A stretch of 63,492 bases of DNA, counting the filler, from Sphacelaria rigidula (Eukaryota): NCBI GenBank assembly GCA_964200075.2. It is 8 parts of 8 records of this genome, joined end to end, with 100 filler letters (N's around TTAATTAATTAA, not from the genome) between each part and the next. Parts side by side here need not be neighbours in the genome. Positions count along the whole stretch, not along the records: positions 7,951 to 15,799 come from CAXNAA020013240.1; positions 15,900 to 23,748 come from CAXNAA020013241.1; positions 23,849 to 31,697 come from CAXNAA020013242.1; 5 more parts are not named here. One strand, given 5' to 3'. A program made the translations under genes and the position numbers. Below the pieces are notes generated by a model. That model had not been told where the DNA came from. It did not search any database and saw only the letters and a list, made by a program, of their open reading frames with translations. Positions 12,301 through 23,979 of the stretch are shown piece by piece (position 1 is the first letter of the stretch; each line of letters starts with the position of its first letter).

Positions 12301-13428
12301 TCGTAGGACTTGGGGTTGAGCGTTCCCCAAGAGGCATGACAAGCTCCACGCAGAGGCCGGTAGACCTGGTTCAGATACTTGTCCCTGAATTGAACGGTTA
12401 TACGAACGGGCGAAGCCAGGAGGGTATTGTGGAATCATTAACTGTACTTGCTGTACAACGTCAACCCTTTCACGAAACTTGCAGATTTTTTTTTTTTTTC
12501 CCTTCCTGTTCCAAAACTGTGAAATGTGGAGGTGTGTTCACCACTTGGTCGATGAAGAAAATTGTCGGGAACATATTTTTTAAAATAACGCTAACCCTAA
12601 CCCCGACCCTAACCCTAACTCTAAACCCAACTCAAGGCATACCGAGAACCCTGGGGCGAGGGGGGTGTTGAGCTTTCCGTAGGCAGAGTGTGGCGTTGGC
12701 AGATCTCAAAACGACGCCCCAGGCGCCGATTTCGACGAAAACACGTTCTGCGCACGCGAGGGGCGGTTGGGACTGTCAGCCCCGCTAAAGATCCGATTAT
12801 CGGTGTTGACACTTGAATCAAGTAATAAAAATCCGGGAAGGTTCTAATAGACCCAAGTCGTGAAACTATAGTTCACGTGGGGTGCTATGATTGATTTCTA
12901 ATTCGACTTGATTTTAGTCTGGAGCGAAATCCGGATCTTTATCGGGGCTGTGCTCCAAGCGTGCTTCCAGCGTGCGCAAAACGCGTTTTTCTCGAAATCG
13001 GCTCCTGGGGCGCCGATTTAAGGTCTGGCAATGCACACTTTGCCTAACGGAAACTTCGCACCCCCTTGCCCGAGGGTTCTCGGTGTGCCTTCGTTGGGGT
13101 TAGGGTAGGTTGATAGTTTGTTCGAAATAATAAATTTTCGAGAAATTTCTCACCCCCTTAAGTGGTGAACTAACCTCAGTGGTAAACACTACTGGAAATG
13201 TGTGGCGTACAGCAATACCCCCTTGATTTTTATCCCGCATGCTCTGGTCCTTCCATGTGTTGTTTACGCAGGTTTCCAACGTGGTGGCGGCGGTGGATTC
13301 AGGGGAGGTGGGGGGAACGGGTACCAGGGTGGAGGCTATCAGGGAGGACGGGGGGGTGGCTACCAGGGGGGTGACTACCGGGGGGGAGGACGAGGTTACC
13401 GGGGGGGGGGGGGGGGAGGTGGGCGAGG
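8771..13428 (+). CDS. Partial multi-exon gene for an RGG-tailed RNA-binding protein, possibly a DDX21/RH7-like DEAD-box helicase (GUCT region + RGG tail); supported exons 8771-8892, 11985-12111 and 13272-13428
   Basis: Pyrimidine-tract AG acceptors and GT donors. The 12111/13272 junction is phase-compatible (GGSMGG-G-FQRGGGGGFRGG...YQGGRGG). The first exon (AFSLMNGGRGRQTVLIEG) weakly resembles the start of a GUCT domain. Intermediate and terminal exons are not resolved. Confidence 0.55.
9721..10430 (+). repeat. Dispersed repeat: two copies here (~9721-10030, ~10235-10430) and a third at ~58120-58410
   Basis: Shared sequence GGCGTCGGTTGGCRACGACGCTGTAAAACACG...GCGAAGGG. Confidence 0.7.
10771..10980. 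mobile_element. MITE family A copy, right end truncated
   Basis: Starts ACACTTCCTACGATAGCCCC; the body matches the copies at 33202 and 41754. Confidence 0.7.
11805..11919. repeat. Intronic ~115-bp hairpin or small MITE (piggyBac-like right end GGGG-TTAA)
   Basis: The arms CCTTGGGAACCCAGTG...AATCGGCAT and ATGCCGATT...CACTGGATTCCCAAGG are reverse complements. Confidence 0.75.
12529..13194. mobile_element. Foldback MITE with long TIRs containing telomere-like repeats and an 8-bp TSD (GAAATGTG)
   Basis: Imperfect inverted arms of about 260 bp. CCCTAA-type repeats at 12591-12630 and TTAGGG at ~13100. GAAATGTG at 12521-12528 and 13195-13202. Confidence 0.8.
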
Positions 13429-14312
13429 GTGAGTGGGCACGCCGGATAAGGGTGGTATTCAACGCGTGCGCGTGCTGTTAACAGTGCTAGGCTTGGCAAA
13501 GGCGATGGGGTACTGTACCCTTGACTTGTTGAGCCCTTCAGGGTCGGGCTTCGTTTCGGAACGACAGTAGGACCCGCAGGCCTTTGATGGTGGTAATCTC
13601 AACGCTGTTCCTGACAGAGTCATGTTGGTATTTGAGCGTTCAGCAGCACCGTTGATGGCAATTTATGGCAACAAATATGCATGCCGTGTGTGTGTGCCGT
13701 GGTCCTCAACCACCCGATGCATGTGAGTCTGTTGAACTAAAGCTGTCGATTTCAACGCATTTTTTGTGGTCAAACTAGCGCCCGTCTCTCGGGGATGTTA
13801 CTCTTGACGAGTTGAGGGATACGGCACGGTACGAATGATCCTAACCCACACTGGTGACGTTTTTCTCGACCTGATGAGACACGACTTGACCCCGTAAGAC
13901 CGCGGTGAGTGTTGTTGCTTTGGATCGTTTCTCCTCCACTCCACAAGAGAAAACCTCCTGCGTCTGCCCTCGAGCTTACAGTTTCAGCCTTGAAAAAAGC
14001 TTCGCGACGAGATCGGAGGTATATATGTGCTGCATGTTGTGTGCATGTACAGCTTGTTTTTGTCGTTTGGAGTGTTGATAGCATCCTTGATGCGCACAGA
14101 GTGATGCCTAAAAGTAAGCCCACGATTTCGTACTATGCAGGCTTTTGGGGTATTAGAGTGCGTGCTAGACCTCTATTTTTTACTGTCAACGCAGGCACAT
14201 ACTGGTACTTTTTTTTGAAATCGTGAACCCCTTGCTCGCTCATGCGCCGACAAACCGCTTCTTGTTTTAACTCCGCAGGGGATTCAAAAATCGTTTTTTT
14301 CAAGTGCGTGCT

Positions 14313-14520
14313 CTGTAGGGTGTACCGCCTGCCATAAATTTTAGGGTGTCATAATTATATAAAATGGGTACTTTATCGGGAAGTCAAGCTTCCGGGACAT
14401 ATCGGAGTGTTCGGAACATGACTCGATACACTGCCGAACTATACCGGAATGTTCGCTACACAGTCCGGTATGGTTGGGTATGTCAACCGGAAATCACCCA
14501 CCTCCGGGTATGCCCTACAG
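14313..14520. mobile_element. Possible small MITE
   Basis: 14-bp imperfect TIR CTGTAGGGTGTACC / GGTATGCCCTACAG; TSD not resolved. Confidence 0.4.
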
Positions 14521-16365
14521 TATTTAAACAGGAGACATCCTTGGTCATTTTGGTGGAAGAAAAAACCCCTTCATGTAATCAAGGGGGTCCGAGCGGGCTA
14601 GGCCACTGCACACACGTATAGCTCGTGGCCCGTCTCGGTAATGTTTGCACACTAGCAGTTGCGGCTCTGTAATCGCGTATGCATCTTGACTGTTTGTAAG
14701 CGTCGAGGGCAACGCTAGCGTACGCAGGCGTACAGGGTGCAGCTATCCTCTCCGCTTCGAGCGTTGCGTAAACACACGCTCAACTGCGAACAAAACCCCG
14801 AACGTGGCTGATCAATCATTTTGAGCTACTGCACTCCCTGCTGATTGAAACAGGGGGAAAAAAACGGAATGTTTTGAGCGCCCGAGCGTACGTACTGCTG
14901 TGGTTTTACTCGTCTACAATATTTCCACCCTCCACCGGAGTGTTGGGTACAGCAGCTGGCCGCGGGCCCCAAACTCTAGATGATTTTTTTTGTTTTGTGT
15001 TTTATGTGCGAGGATTTCGAACATGTGCCCCTTCGGGTACGGAAGGGCAGGTGTACTGGGAAGATTGGGGAAGTATTTGGAATTGACGGCAGTTACGACA
15101 GACGCCAACGGGTACGTGAGTTGTAAGACCGAGATGACAACATGGGAATGACGTCGAACCGAATTTCAACATGCGTTCCCGCAAAGGCGAAAAACACAAC
15201 TGTTGATGGCATTTTGCATCGGCCCCGTGTGCTGCATCACGCTCAGTTGCAGCACGCTCAACAGTGTCCACAATGCTCACGCTCCGCAGATGAAGCCATG
15301 CCAGTGTCCACACGTGCTCACCTGCGGCACGCTGACTTCTACCCACAATCCCCACACTACCCACAAAACGTACGATAAGTAGAGCTGCTTTAATATGATA
15401 ACACGGCAATATTAGTGACGGGCTCCGGTTCTATTGTCAAGCCAACATTTGACACGCTCCGGTTCCACGGTGAAGTCAACATTCAAGATAACTTTTGAAG
15501 TGGTCGAGCTGTGGCAGTTCTTCAAGTAATTACGCTCGGACAAGAAATGTTTTCGACGCTGACACACGAGACCCAGCTAGCAGCTGAGGGGAAGGCAAAC
15601 TCGGCTGCGCAGTTCGGTAGCTGGGTCCCGATTTATTGACAAACGTTTCACGGTTAGGACGAATCATCAGTGGTTCGAATAACCAAATCCACGATTTCTT
15701 CGGCGTGATTGCCCAAAAGGGAGAAAAAAAGTTGACCGCTGGCCCAAAGGGCATCCACGCAATTTTTGCGCCATTCCACGTGTCTGGGCTGCGTGTACCN
15801 NNNNNNNNNNNNNNNNNNNNNNNNNNNNNNNNNNNNNNNNNNNTTAATTAATTAANNNNNNNNNNNNNNNNNNNNNNNNNNNNNNNNNNNNNNNNNNNNG
15901 GGCAGAACAAAAAAAAACAGAGAACGGACAAAAACAAAAAAACAAAAAACAAAAAACAAAAAACAAAAAACAAGGAAAATAGAACAAAAGCTTTATACAG
16001 GAATAGGCATACGCGGCAACGGTTCAGTACAGAACACAGACATACGCGGCTACTGGGTACTGCCGAGGGAAACGTGGGCAACCGGGCTACACGGGATTCA
16101 AGGAAACGAGACCACGAGAGGACAAGGAGAAGCAGGGGGAATTCTAAAACAAACACGACGAGACCAGGGGGACGACGATTGGCGGTAGGGAGAAACGCAG
16201 ACAACCGACTCACAACGGTACTTGAGAAAACGACACCAACGACAAGACAAAAACAGGGGGGGGTTGAAAGAACCCCAAAAAAATCGGAAGGAACGCAATT
16301 CGCTATCAAGATTATTCCGCTTCCCACGCCGTGTCGGGGTTGCGCAAGACAGCCGTGTCGATGTC

Positions 16366-16622
16366 GAGCAATGCTACGGTAGGGGTGCACTTTTTTCGCG
16401 AAATATTGTCTAGTTCAGGGGCTCCTAACGATTCTACATGCACAAGGATATGGGCCAGGGCATCCCCGTCTGCAAATTCATTCGGGATATACCCAGCACA
16501 TTGGAGTAGTAATCCTGGCGCACTTTTACATATGTTCGTAAGTGGTGTGTTGCATAAGATCAAGGGCGCCTAACAATTCTAACCTCAGAAAATATTTGTG
16601 CACCCCTACCGTAGCATCACTC
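16366..16622. mobile_element. MITE family C (Sola-like), 4-bp TSD TGTC
   Basis: TIR GAGCAATGCTACGGTAGGGGTGCAC / GTGCACCCCTACCGTAGCATCACTC, with TGTC on both flanks. Confidence 0.88.
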
Positions 16623-17956
16623 TGTCCCCTTTGTCGTGTCGTTGTAGGCAACAAGATCCTCGGCGAGCGGTCGGCATCTCGGTGTAGTAATCGTCGTGAA
16701 GACGGATCTTGAGAGGACCCGGATCATCGAGGAAGCGGATGTAATAGGAATCTTCCGCCTCAGGATCTATCAAATAAATCTTCCCCAGCCACCACCACGA
16801 ATCAATAGCCCTGTACCAAAAATATGCACCGTTCGGTAAACGTTTCTTCGAAAAAGAGCGCAGGTATTGCGAACGAGAAATGAGACTATAGCCCGAAATG
16901 ACAAATCGTGCCGAGTTTTCTCGGGCCAGTTCACGAGCTTCTGCGCCTTTTCGCATAGACCTTTATCGTTTGTTCAACGGGCGGTGTTGGACGACATCCC
17001 CGACCCAATATAAAAGTATCTCTCTTCGACAATGACGAAAATCCTCCTCCCGTTCCCACGTAACACGCATGAGGCCTTTCCAGTGAGTCTGATACATAAC
17101 CGCAATTTTACCGCCTCGACCTCGGACTAATTGATGGCCCGAGATGTGATCTACCACCACACGTTCAAGAGGACCGTCAGTCAGCGTCTTCAACCGTCAT
17201 GTGGTACGGTGGGGTTTTCGCCGCATAACTGGATAGGACATAATGCTGAGCCCCATAGGCAATTGCTTGGGCATATCACTAGTGTCGTGAGGGGGCAGAC
17301 ACGGCTTCCACCGAAGCATCGAGACCCGGTTTTTGGGTTTGACGCCAGGTTCATCCGTGGGGAAATCCAAATACAAAAGCTTCTCACCTACTGGTTTATC
17401 GTCAGGTGCGGTATCACAGGGCCCAACTGCCAAAATCTTTCAAGGACCAGTCCGATTCAAGCAAAGCTTCGACTTCAACACCTCATCCGACGACGACTTA
17501 GCAGAGCTGGCACCTTGGGTTACAGTTCTCACATCGTTATGCACCCATGCTCATTCACCCAATTTCCACACCGGACGGTTATTTACTGCATCATCCAACA
17601 CGCTGTTTGCCTAGCTACCTTTGCTGCGTTGATCAAGTTCTGCTCCCGTACCACCTCATATGCAAGGCGAATACGATTACTGACAGACATATGATACTCC
17701 ACACTATCCCGATGCAAACTCTGATGACCACCAGGGGTTTTTCTGTCGAACACTGTCAATGGCAGCCTGGGCATACGACCAATATGAACTTCATTGGGAG
17801 CCAAGCCTGTGGCGGCATTGACGGAGTTGTTGTAGTTCATTTGGACAAGGGGTAAGTGCAGGTCCCAGTCCGTTTGTCGCTCATTGGTCACTGTGGCCAG
17901 CCGTTGCGCCATCGTGTGATTAACTCGTTCGGTCCCACCGTTTGTGGACGGATGGT

Positions 17957-18212
17957 GATTGATGCTACGGTAGGGGTGCACAAATATTTTCTGGGGTTGG
18001 GATTGATAGTAGCCCTTTATCTCATACAATACACGTCTTATGAAAATGTGTTAGAGTACACCAGGATTACTACTCCAATGTGCTAGGGATAGCCCGAATA
18101 AATTTGCAAACAGGGCTGCCCTGACCCATATTATTGTGCATCTAGAATTGTTAGGAGCCCCTGAACAGACAAGATTTCACGCAAAAAGTGCACCCCTATC
18201 GTAGCATTGCTC
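17957..18212. mobile_element. MITE family C, second copy (inverted), 4-bp TSD TGGT, inside the integrase
   Basis: Same TIR and body as 16366-16622. Removing it restores the integrase motif TSSYHPSTNG. Confidence 0.88.
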
Positions 18213-18958
18213 TGGTATGAACTAGTAAAAATACGATGGGCACCCAGGAGATTACGGATCGCGGCAGAAAGTGTGCCGGCAAAATGTGGGCCGTTATCGG
18301 ATAACAAACGTTTGGGGACACCTCACTGAGGGATGTATGTGTACACAAGGATGTTGGCAGTCCCTTCTGCACCATAGTTGGCCTCCGAAACAGCATTCAT
18401 CACAGCATGTCGACTGAACCGATCCGTGAACAACAAAATGTACTTAATACCACTATCAGTGAGGGGCAGGGGGCCAAAGTAGTCCCATGAAACTAGTGCA
18501 CCAGGCCCATTGGGAGGGGGCATAGAGATTACCGGCCATCTAGCTGTTTGACGCGACGTTTTGCGTGCCTGGCAAAGGAGACACCGTCGAACCCACCAAC
18601 GCACACATTGGTCCATACAAATCCACAAACAAAAAACGCTGAAGCATCTGGGAGGTCCTAGCGACGCCCAGATGTGTGGATGCTTGTGAGTGGCATTCAT
18701 GGAGAACCCATGGACGCAGAAGCATCGGAACATAAATACTTACGGGGGCATCACCCAACAAACGGGCGTAACTACTTGTAGGTTTCTCTCCAGGAGGTTT
18801 CGTGGGGGGCCGGTGAACTAAAAGAACAACGCCATCATCATCCGTATAAAGCATGCCTTCACGCGATAATTCAGTAACTTCATCTTGTGTGGAGGCTCGG
18901 TGGGGCCCTACTGGCAAAAGGAACTCAGTTTCTGGAAGGGGGGGGGGGCATCCTTTAA

Positions 18959-19370
18959 CAGAGGATTCTATAAAATAAGGTTCATCAATGAAATGAGGTT
19001 CGAGCTCAAAACGGTACTTTCTCCGCGCTTTCAGCGATGGTGCCCAATGATTTTCTTGTCGGCCTAATGCCCTTCGATCGCGTAGATACTTCTTCAGCGC
19101 ATTTTGTCGACTCTGTGAGCTTACAGCGCTGCCCGAAACCGCCATTTCCACTTAATGTTTAGGAGGGGGTGATATCAGGGAAAACAGCAGTTTCGCTCAG
19201 CGCTGTAAGCTCACAGAGTCGGTAAAATGCGCGGAAAAGGTATCTACGCGATTGAGGGGCATTAGGCCGACAAAAAAGTCATCGGGCACCTTCGCTGAAA
19301 GTGTGGAGAAAGTACTGTTGTAGGCTCGAACCTCATTTCATTGATGAACCTCATTTTGTAGAATCCTTTG
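18959..19370. mobile_element. Foldback MITE (~190-bp inverted arms) inserted in Gypsy pol
   Basis: CAGAGGATTCTATAAAATAAGGTTCATCAATGAAATGAGG is mirrored by CCTCATTTCATTGATGAACCTCATTTTGTAGAATCCTTTG. The TSD is ambiguous (T-run). Confidence 0.85.
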
Positions 19371-22300
19371 TTTTTTGGATAGATAATGTATAGCTGCTCT
19401 ACAAGCAGGTTCAGCTTGCTGTTCCCGGGCCCGATCGGCGTGAGAAAAGAGGGTCAGTGCCTTGAATACACTGTCGGCGGGGTTGTCCAAAACGCAGGGG
19501 ATCGAATCGCTGTGGGATGGACACGAGGCGTTATTTGGAACAAGGTCAGAAGGGGTGGTCAGTGTATTCTCAAACGGAACGTTCACCACTATTCTTACGT
19601 TGTGGAGGGTGTCGGATGGTGTGGTACCGGAGGTGGTACCATCACGGGGTGGAGGAGGCACAGTCGAGGTCGCGACCATGGTGGGCAGATGTGGTTTGGA
19701 AGGTGTCGATTTTCTGGGGGCTTTGCGCCGTGGAGGTAGCGGGAGCGCAAGGAGGCTATCGGGGACTGGAGTGGGGTTGGGGATTGGGAGGTCTGGGCCG
19801 GCTGCTGCCAGGGCGGCAGCCGTTTCCGCGGCCCGGCATCCTCGGGTCCGGCTCGAGATGAGGTCTCGGACTTGAACCGGGAGGACGCAGTCAGTAGGAA
19901 CCAGCTCTGCGTGCAAACCACCCGCCGGTAGTTGCACGAATTTCACTCCTAGCTGAACACAACGATCGTGGGGCCAAACTGCCCAATACAGAAGCGTGAG
20001 CCGAAGGCGTCAGCTTATTTTCAACAAGTGCCGAGTTGTGGTTCAGTGAGAGTGGAGTGTAGAGTCCGCGATGACCACTTGTGCTTATGAAATATACAAT
20101 GTCTTCGGTGAGATCTGTGATGTGACCCAAGGCGGAGTTGTCGATGGGTTGGGCTGGTAAGGACAAGCGTGACAGGAAGTCGGCGTTTGCGTTTTGGGGA
20201 CTTGTGCGGTACTTCAACGTGAAGCTGTGGGAAGACAGGATTTCAACCAGCGTTGAACCCGGGCGTTGTGTTACGCCATTTTGGCGAGGTTTTCCAAAGA
20301 CTTATGATCTGTATAAATCACAAACGGGAGGTCATAAAAATATTGCCGGAGCCGGCGCACTCCCCAAACAAGTGCACCTGCTTCTTGTTCCATAACGGAC
20401 CAGTTCTGTTTGTTTTGGGTAGGTGGTTCGGCTCAGATATACAATGGGGCGAACACTAGCATCGTCTTGTTCCTGTTCCAGTGTGCAGCCAAACCCAATT
20501 TTCGAAGAATCCGTGTGCAGTCGGAACGGACAGGAGCTATTTTCAGCAGCTGACCAGTCTGGAAAAACCAGAATTGGTGGCTTTGACAATGTGTCGAGCT
20601 GCTCTCGTACATGTGTTTCCATTGCCGACGTGAACACGAATTTCACCCCCTTCTTGAGGAGGGCGGTGAGAGGTTTTAGAGCTTGGGCTAAATTTGGCAG
20701 ATATTGACGGTAGTAACTCAAACCACCGAGAAAAGAGCACAATTGAGAAACATCGCGTGGCATGAGCATCTCTCTAAGTGCGGAAACTTTTTCGGGGTTG
20801 GGGCTACGACCTTCAGGGCTGATACAATGGCCTAGGAACTCGATGCGCGTGGCTCCAATGCGGGATTTGGATGGGGCGAGCTTCAAATTGTGTTGTTCAA
20901 AACGAGCAAAGAAGGACGCCAAATGTTCGACGTGCTCAGCAGGTATACTGCCATGAACCACCGCATCGTCGAGGCATCGTCGAGGTACATGCGGCATTTG
21001 GACAGTCCATCAATGACGCGAAACATCACACGTTGAAACGCTCCTGGGGCGCCGGCGGCACCTTGTGGAGTGACCAGCCACTCATGCAGACCTGACGGGG
21101 TGCAAAACGCCGTCAGCTCGATAGAGTGCGGATCCATCACCAGTTGGTGGTTACCGGACTGCATGTCGAAGTTCGAAAAAACTTTGCCCCCGCCGAGGGA
21201 GTCGATGATTTCATCCATCCAGGGAAGAGGTAGACGTGCGATTTTGGTGACTGCGTTTAATCGTTGATACTTGACGGTCAGTCGGATCTTAACATTCTTC
21301 TCCCGGAGGGCTACCAAAGGCGAGGCCCACGGAGACGTTGAGTGCTGTATTAACCCGGCGGACAAGTATTCGTCGAGAATTACTTGAATTTTACCCGCTA
21401 GAAGAGGGTTTGTACGGTACAGACGCATGGCGATAGGTGTCGTACCATCAGGGATATTGATTTTGAACGGTATAGTGTTGCAGCGGCCTAAATCTGTTGA
21501 CGATTTGGAAAACCGTTCAGAGTATCGTATCAAGATGTAGCGCAACCGAACAATTACCGTGGGTATCCAACCCTCACCAGATAAATCAAACGCAATGTGT
21601 CTCAAATGGGGGGGAATTTCATCCCATAATCGTTGAAAACTAACACGTTGCTCTGGCGAGAATGTATCGAGTAAGGCAGTCGGAGGGTTTGTGTCAGGCG
21701 TATCAGTCAATTCGTTTATAACCAGGGGATCAGTCTTGTCGAACGAAGTGGAACTGTTTGTCTCTGAGCTGTCTGATGATGTTTGCGGTGGCACCTTCAG
21801 ACATACATTCGACAAGGCTGCCCGTAGGAGAGGCGCTTGAGCAAAACCCAACAACTGACCAGGGAGGACATCGAGACATGCAGAGGATGTGAGGGGAATG
21901 GATTGCCGACCCTCATGGACGAATACATCGGTCTGATCAAAGGGGGGAATACTGTCGGGATTGGTTAAGTCGACCATGTACTGTCCAGTGAGGGCGGAGG
22001 ATCTGTTCCGTCTCCCAAGATTCACATGGATGTGTTGAGGTTCACCGGACAGAGAGACGACGTGATATCCAACATAATACAGTCGAAACGCATCACCTGT
22101 TTGTGTTGCGTCATCGGCATAGGCCTGAGCCCCTGGATCAGCGTCGTGATGTCCCAACTTCAATCTGCCTGTCAGTGGTCGGTTGAAAACAGGGGACTTT
22201 GTCGTGTATGTATGTGTGGAAAAACGAAGCCAGCTATCACGTCCCAAGAGAACATCAACCGACATGGAACCATCGGGCACAGTGAGTGCCCACACAGCTA

Positions 22301-23848
22301 ATCGTGCAGTGGGACCCGTGTCATCGAAGAATTGCACACTTAGTTGTACTGAGTGATCAACCGTAAGGGGAGTGGCGGCACCAAACCCGCCAAAAACACG
22401 AGGCGGAACAGTAGAAAGGCAATGTTTGTCCGCTGCTCCAGCGTTCATCCTGTGTTGCCAGCAGCTGGCTGTGATGAAAGAGTGTGGCGAGCCAGTGTCG
22501 GGCAGGGCAACGGCCATCAAAGGGCGTGTTGCATGCACTCCACTATGTATACCTATTCGGGTTGTGGAGGAGACGTCATCCATGAGTGCAGTTCCACTTA
22601 CCAAGTCCGGGCTGTATTCCGACATATGATCTGTAGCCACATCGCTCTTGTGTTGTTGGGCAATGGTACTAAAATAGACTCGAGATTGATCCTCCGGAAC
22701 GAATGTGTTTTCCGAAGGGCCGTCGTGGCATGGAGGGTTTTGCAGAGCGTGTGGTGCAGTAGACGAAAGTTGGAGTTCGTACACAGTCAGGAATGGACGA
22801 CGCCTAGGAAAGGAAGTGGATGTGGATGTTTGCAATAATTGTTTGAAGCTATGAGAAACAGGGGAGAAACAGTCCTGATCGGACTGCAATTTGGACGGCA
22901 CAGCCGGGGTTTGTCCGGCACCATGAGACATACATGCAGGGCGTAGCGGTTTTACTGTCCCAACAGTTATCAACGCTACTTTATTCTTCAACATAGATTC
23001 CGAGGGGTCGGCAGGAAGCGGACCTAATCTGTTCAGAATCTGGGAAACACCGACCTGTTCTACGACAAGGCCTTCATCCGCTGTGCCCGGTACCCGGGCA
23101 CTTTCTTGGTGGGCGGATGCAGCGGCAACTACAGGTTTACTTTCAGTGTCATCCGGAAGAGCCTTCTCCTGGTGTCGCGTATAGCGCACTCTAGAGCCGG
23201 CTGTTCCAGGGGCTCTTGGGAAGTTGGCAAGGTCAGTCCGTTCGTGGCTAGACACGTGGCGCTTGGTCGGCACTGTCGCTTGGGGTTCCTTCCCAACCCG
23301 CTGAGCTACGGAAAGCAAGGGTTCGGCACTGGCGCGCATAGTACACGAAAAATTACGATCACCAAATAAAAGGGGACCGGGTACACGCGGAATTTCGCTC
23401 GCACGTGTTACCGGGTTCGACTGGACTCCTGAGTCCTTCTCGGGGCTGGGGAGTCTCTGTAAACGTTTTATCCTACGATGAACGGTCGTAGGGGTAACAG
23501 CTACCGTATCAGAAGATGTTCTGCTTCTAAGGCGGTAGGCGCTACGCTACACGACTGTCGATTCCGCGGGGCGATCGGATCCAACTAGCGTTGATTACTA
23601 CCACTCGGAAATACAACTGGATGATCAGATCCAGTATGAAAACACTGGGGTTGGTCATTGCGCATTTGGGAGTCATGCAATGTTGCACGGGACTGTGCTG
23701 TCATGGAACCCGTCATGACAGAACGGTCAACGCTAGCGTACCCACACCNNNNNNNNNNNNNNNNNNNNNNNNNNNNNNNNNNNNNNNNNNNNTTAATTAA
23801 TTAANNNNNNNNNNNNNNNNNNNNNNNNNNNNNNNNNNNNNNNNNNNN

Positions 23849-23979
23849 TGGCTAGAACGAACCCAAGCGTGGGAATGCCCAGCTTGTTGTTGTGCTCGGC
23901 GTCTCCCATTTCGATTTACGTGAAGATTTTGCCTCCCAAAACCATGTACTTTTTTGGGGGGGCTATCGTAGAAAGTGTC
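23849..23979. mobile_element. MITE family A right half, at contig start
   Basis: Ends GGGGCTATCGTAGAAAGTGTC. Confidence 0.8.

Larger units (their letters stand above)
16627..23339 (-). mobile_element. Ty3/Gypsy pol pseudogene: protease, RT, RNase H, integrase, chromodomain and PWWP/Tudor-like module
   Basis: Protease LPDTGS; RT WASPLV...FDMQSGNHQL...TAFCTPSG...YLDD; RNase H LHTDSSKIGFGCTLEQ; integrase DYFGPLP, FTDRFSRH, HPSTNGGTERVNHTM; YQTHWKGLMRVTWE; GAYFWYR...WWWLGKI...YYIRFLDD. Disrupted by frameshifts and MITE insertions. Confidence 0.92.

Noticed and set aside
12591-12630. True telomere or chromosome fusion site
   Set aside because: Only a few degenerate units, located inside the arm of a TSD-flanked element.
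13870-13910. Hammerhead ribozyme core (CTGATGAG), also on the minus strand at ~41110
   Set aside because: No stem II followed by GAAA at the required position.
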